Made by a program: the position numbers and the translations under genes. A DNA stretch of 64,000 bases, taken from the NCBI RefSeq assembly GCF_963921235.1, contig NC_086097.1:64048001-64112000 (forward strand), given 5' to 3'. Below are positions 63,933-64,000 of the stretch, piece by piece. Under the pieces are notes generated by a model. It did not search any database. It was not told the origin of the DNA and saw only the letters and a program-made list of their open reading frames with translations. How positions within the stretch are numbered: the stretch's first letter is position 1; the number at the start of each line of letters is the position of its first letter. Origin of the DNA: Mobula hypostoma (taxonomy: Eukaryota).

Positions 63933-64000
63933 CACACACGTCAAAGTTGTTGGTGAACGCAGCAGGCCAGGCAGCATCTCTAGGAAGAGGTGCAGCTGAC
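63933..64000 (-). repeat. Penelope-like terminal repeat running off the window end
   Basis: AAAGTTG.TGGTGAACGCAGCAGGCCA.GCAGCATCT.TAGGAAGAGG is shared with 60490-60545. Confidence 0.85.

Overview
Eukaryotic (vertebrate) genomic DNA. The repeat content suggests a cartilaginous fish, probably a ray; this is inference. Two host genes converge tail-to-tail as in the conserved vertebrate PSMA6-NFKBIA locus. These are the last three exons of PSMA6 (+, 4022-6058) and a complete six-exon NFKBIA/IkB-alpha gene (-, 46388-44037, 326 aa). NFKBIA has a CpG-rich promoter with several kB sites and an intron-1 cluster holding a perfect palindromic glucocorticoid response element, kB sites and a C/EBP site. 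Most of the rest is nested transposable elements: CR1, Rex1/Babar, RTE and L1/Tx1 LINEs, two Gypsy LTR elements (one a chromovirus), hAT, Harbinger, Tc1 and Tigger DNA transposons, and SINEs. The most striking hidden signal is a dispersed Penelope-like element terminal repeat that encodes a minimal type I hammerhead ribozyme. One copy with an intact core (60546-60581, - strand) sits in a 132-bp insertion with a 12-bp target-site duplication. A second copy lies just 3' of a GIY-YIG C-terminus. Several other copies are truncated or inverted at the ribozyme.
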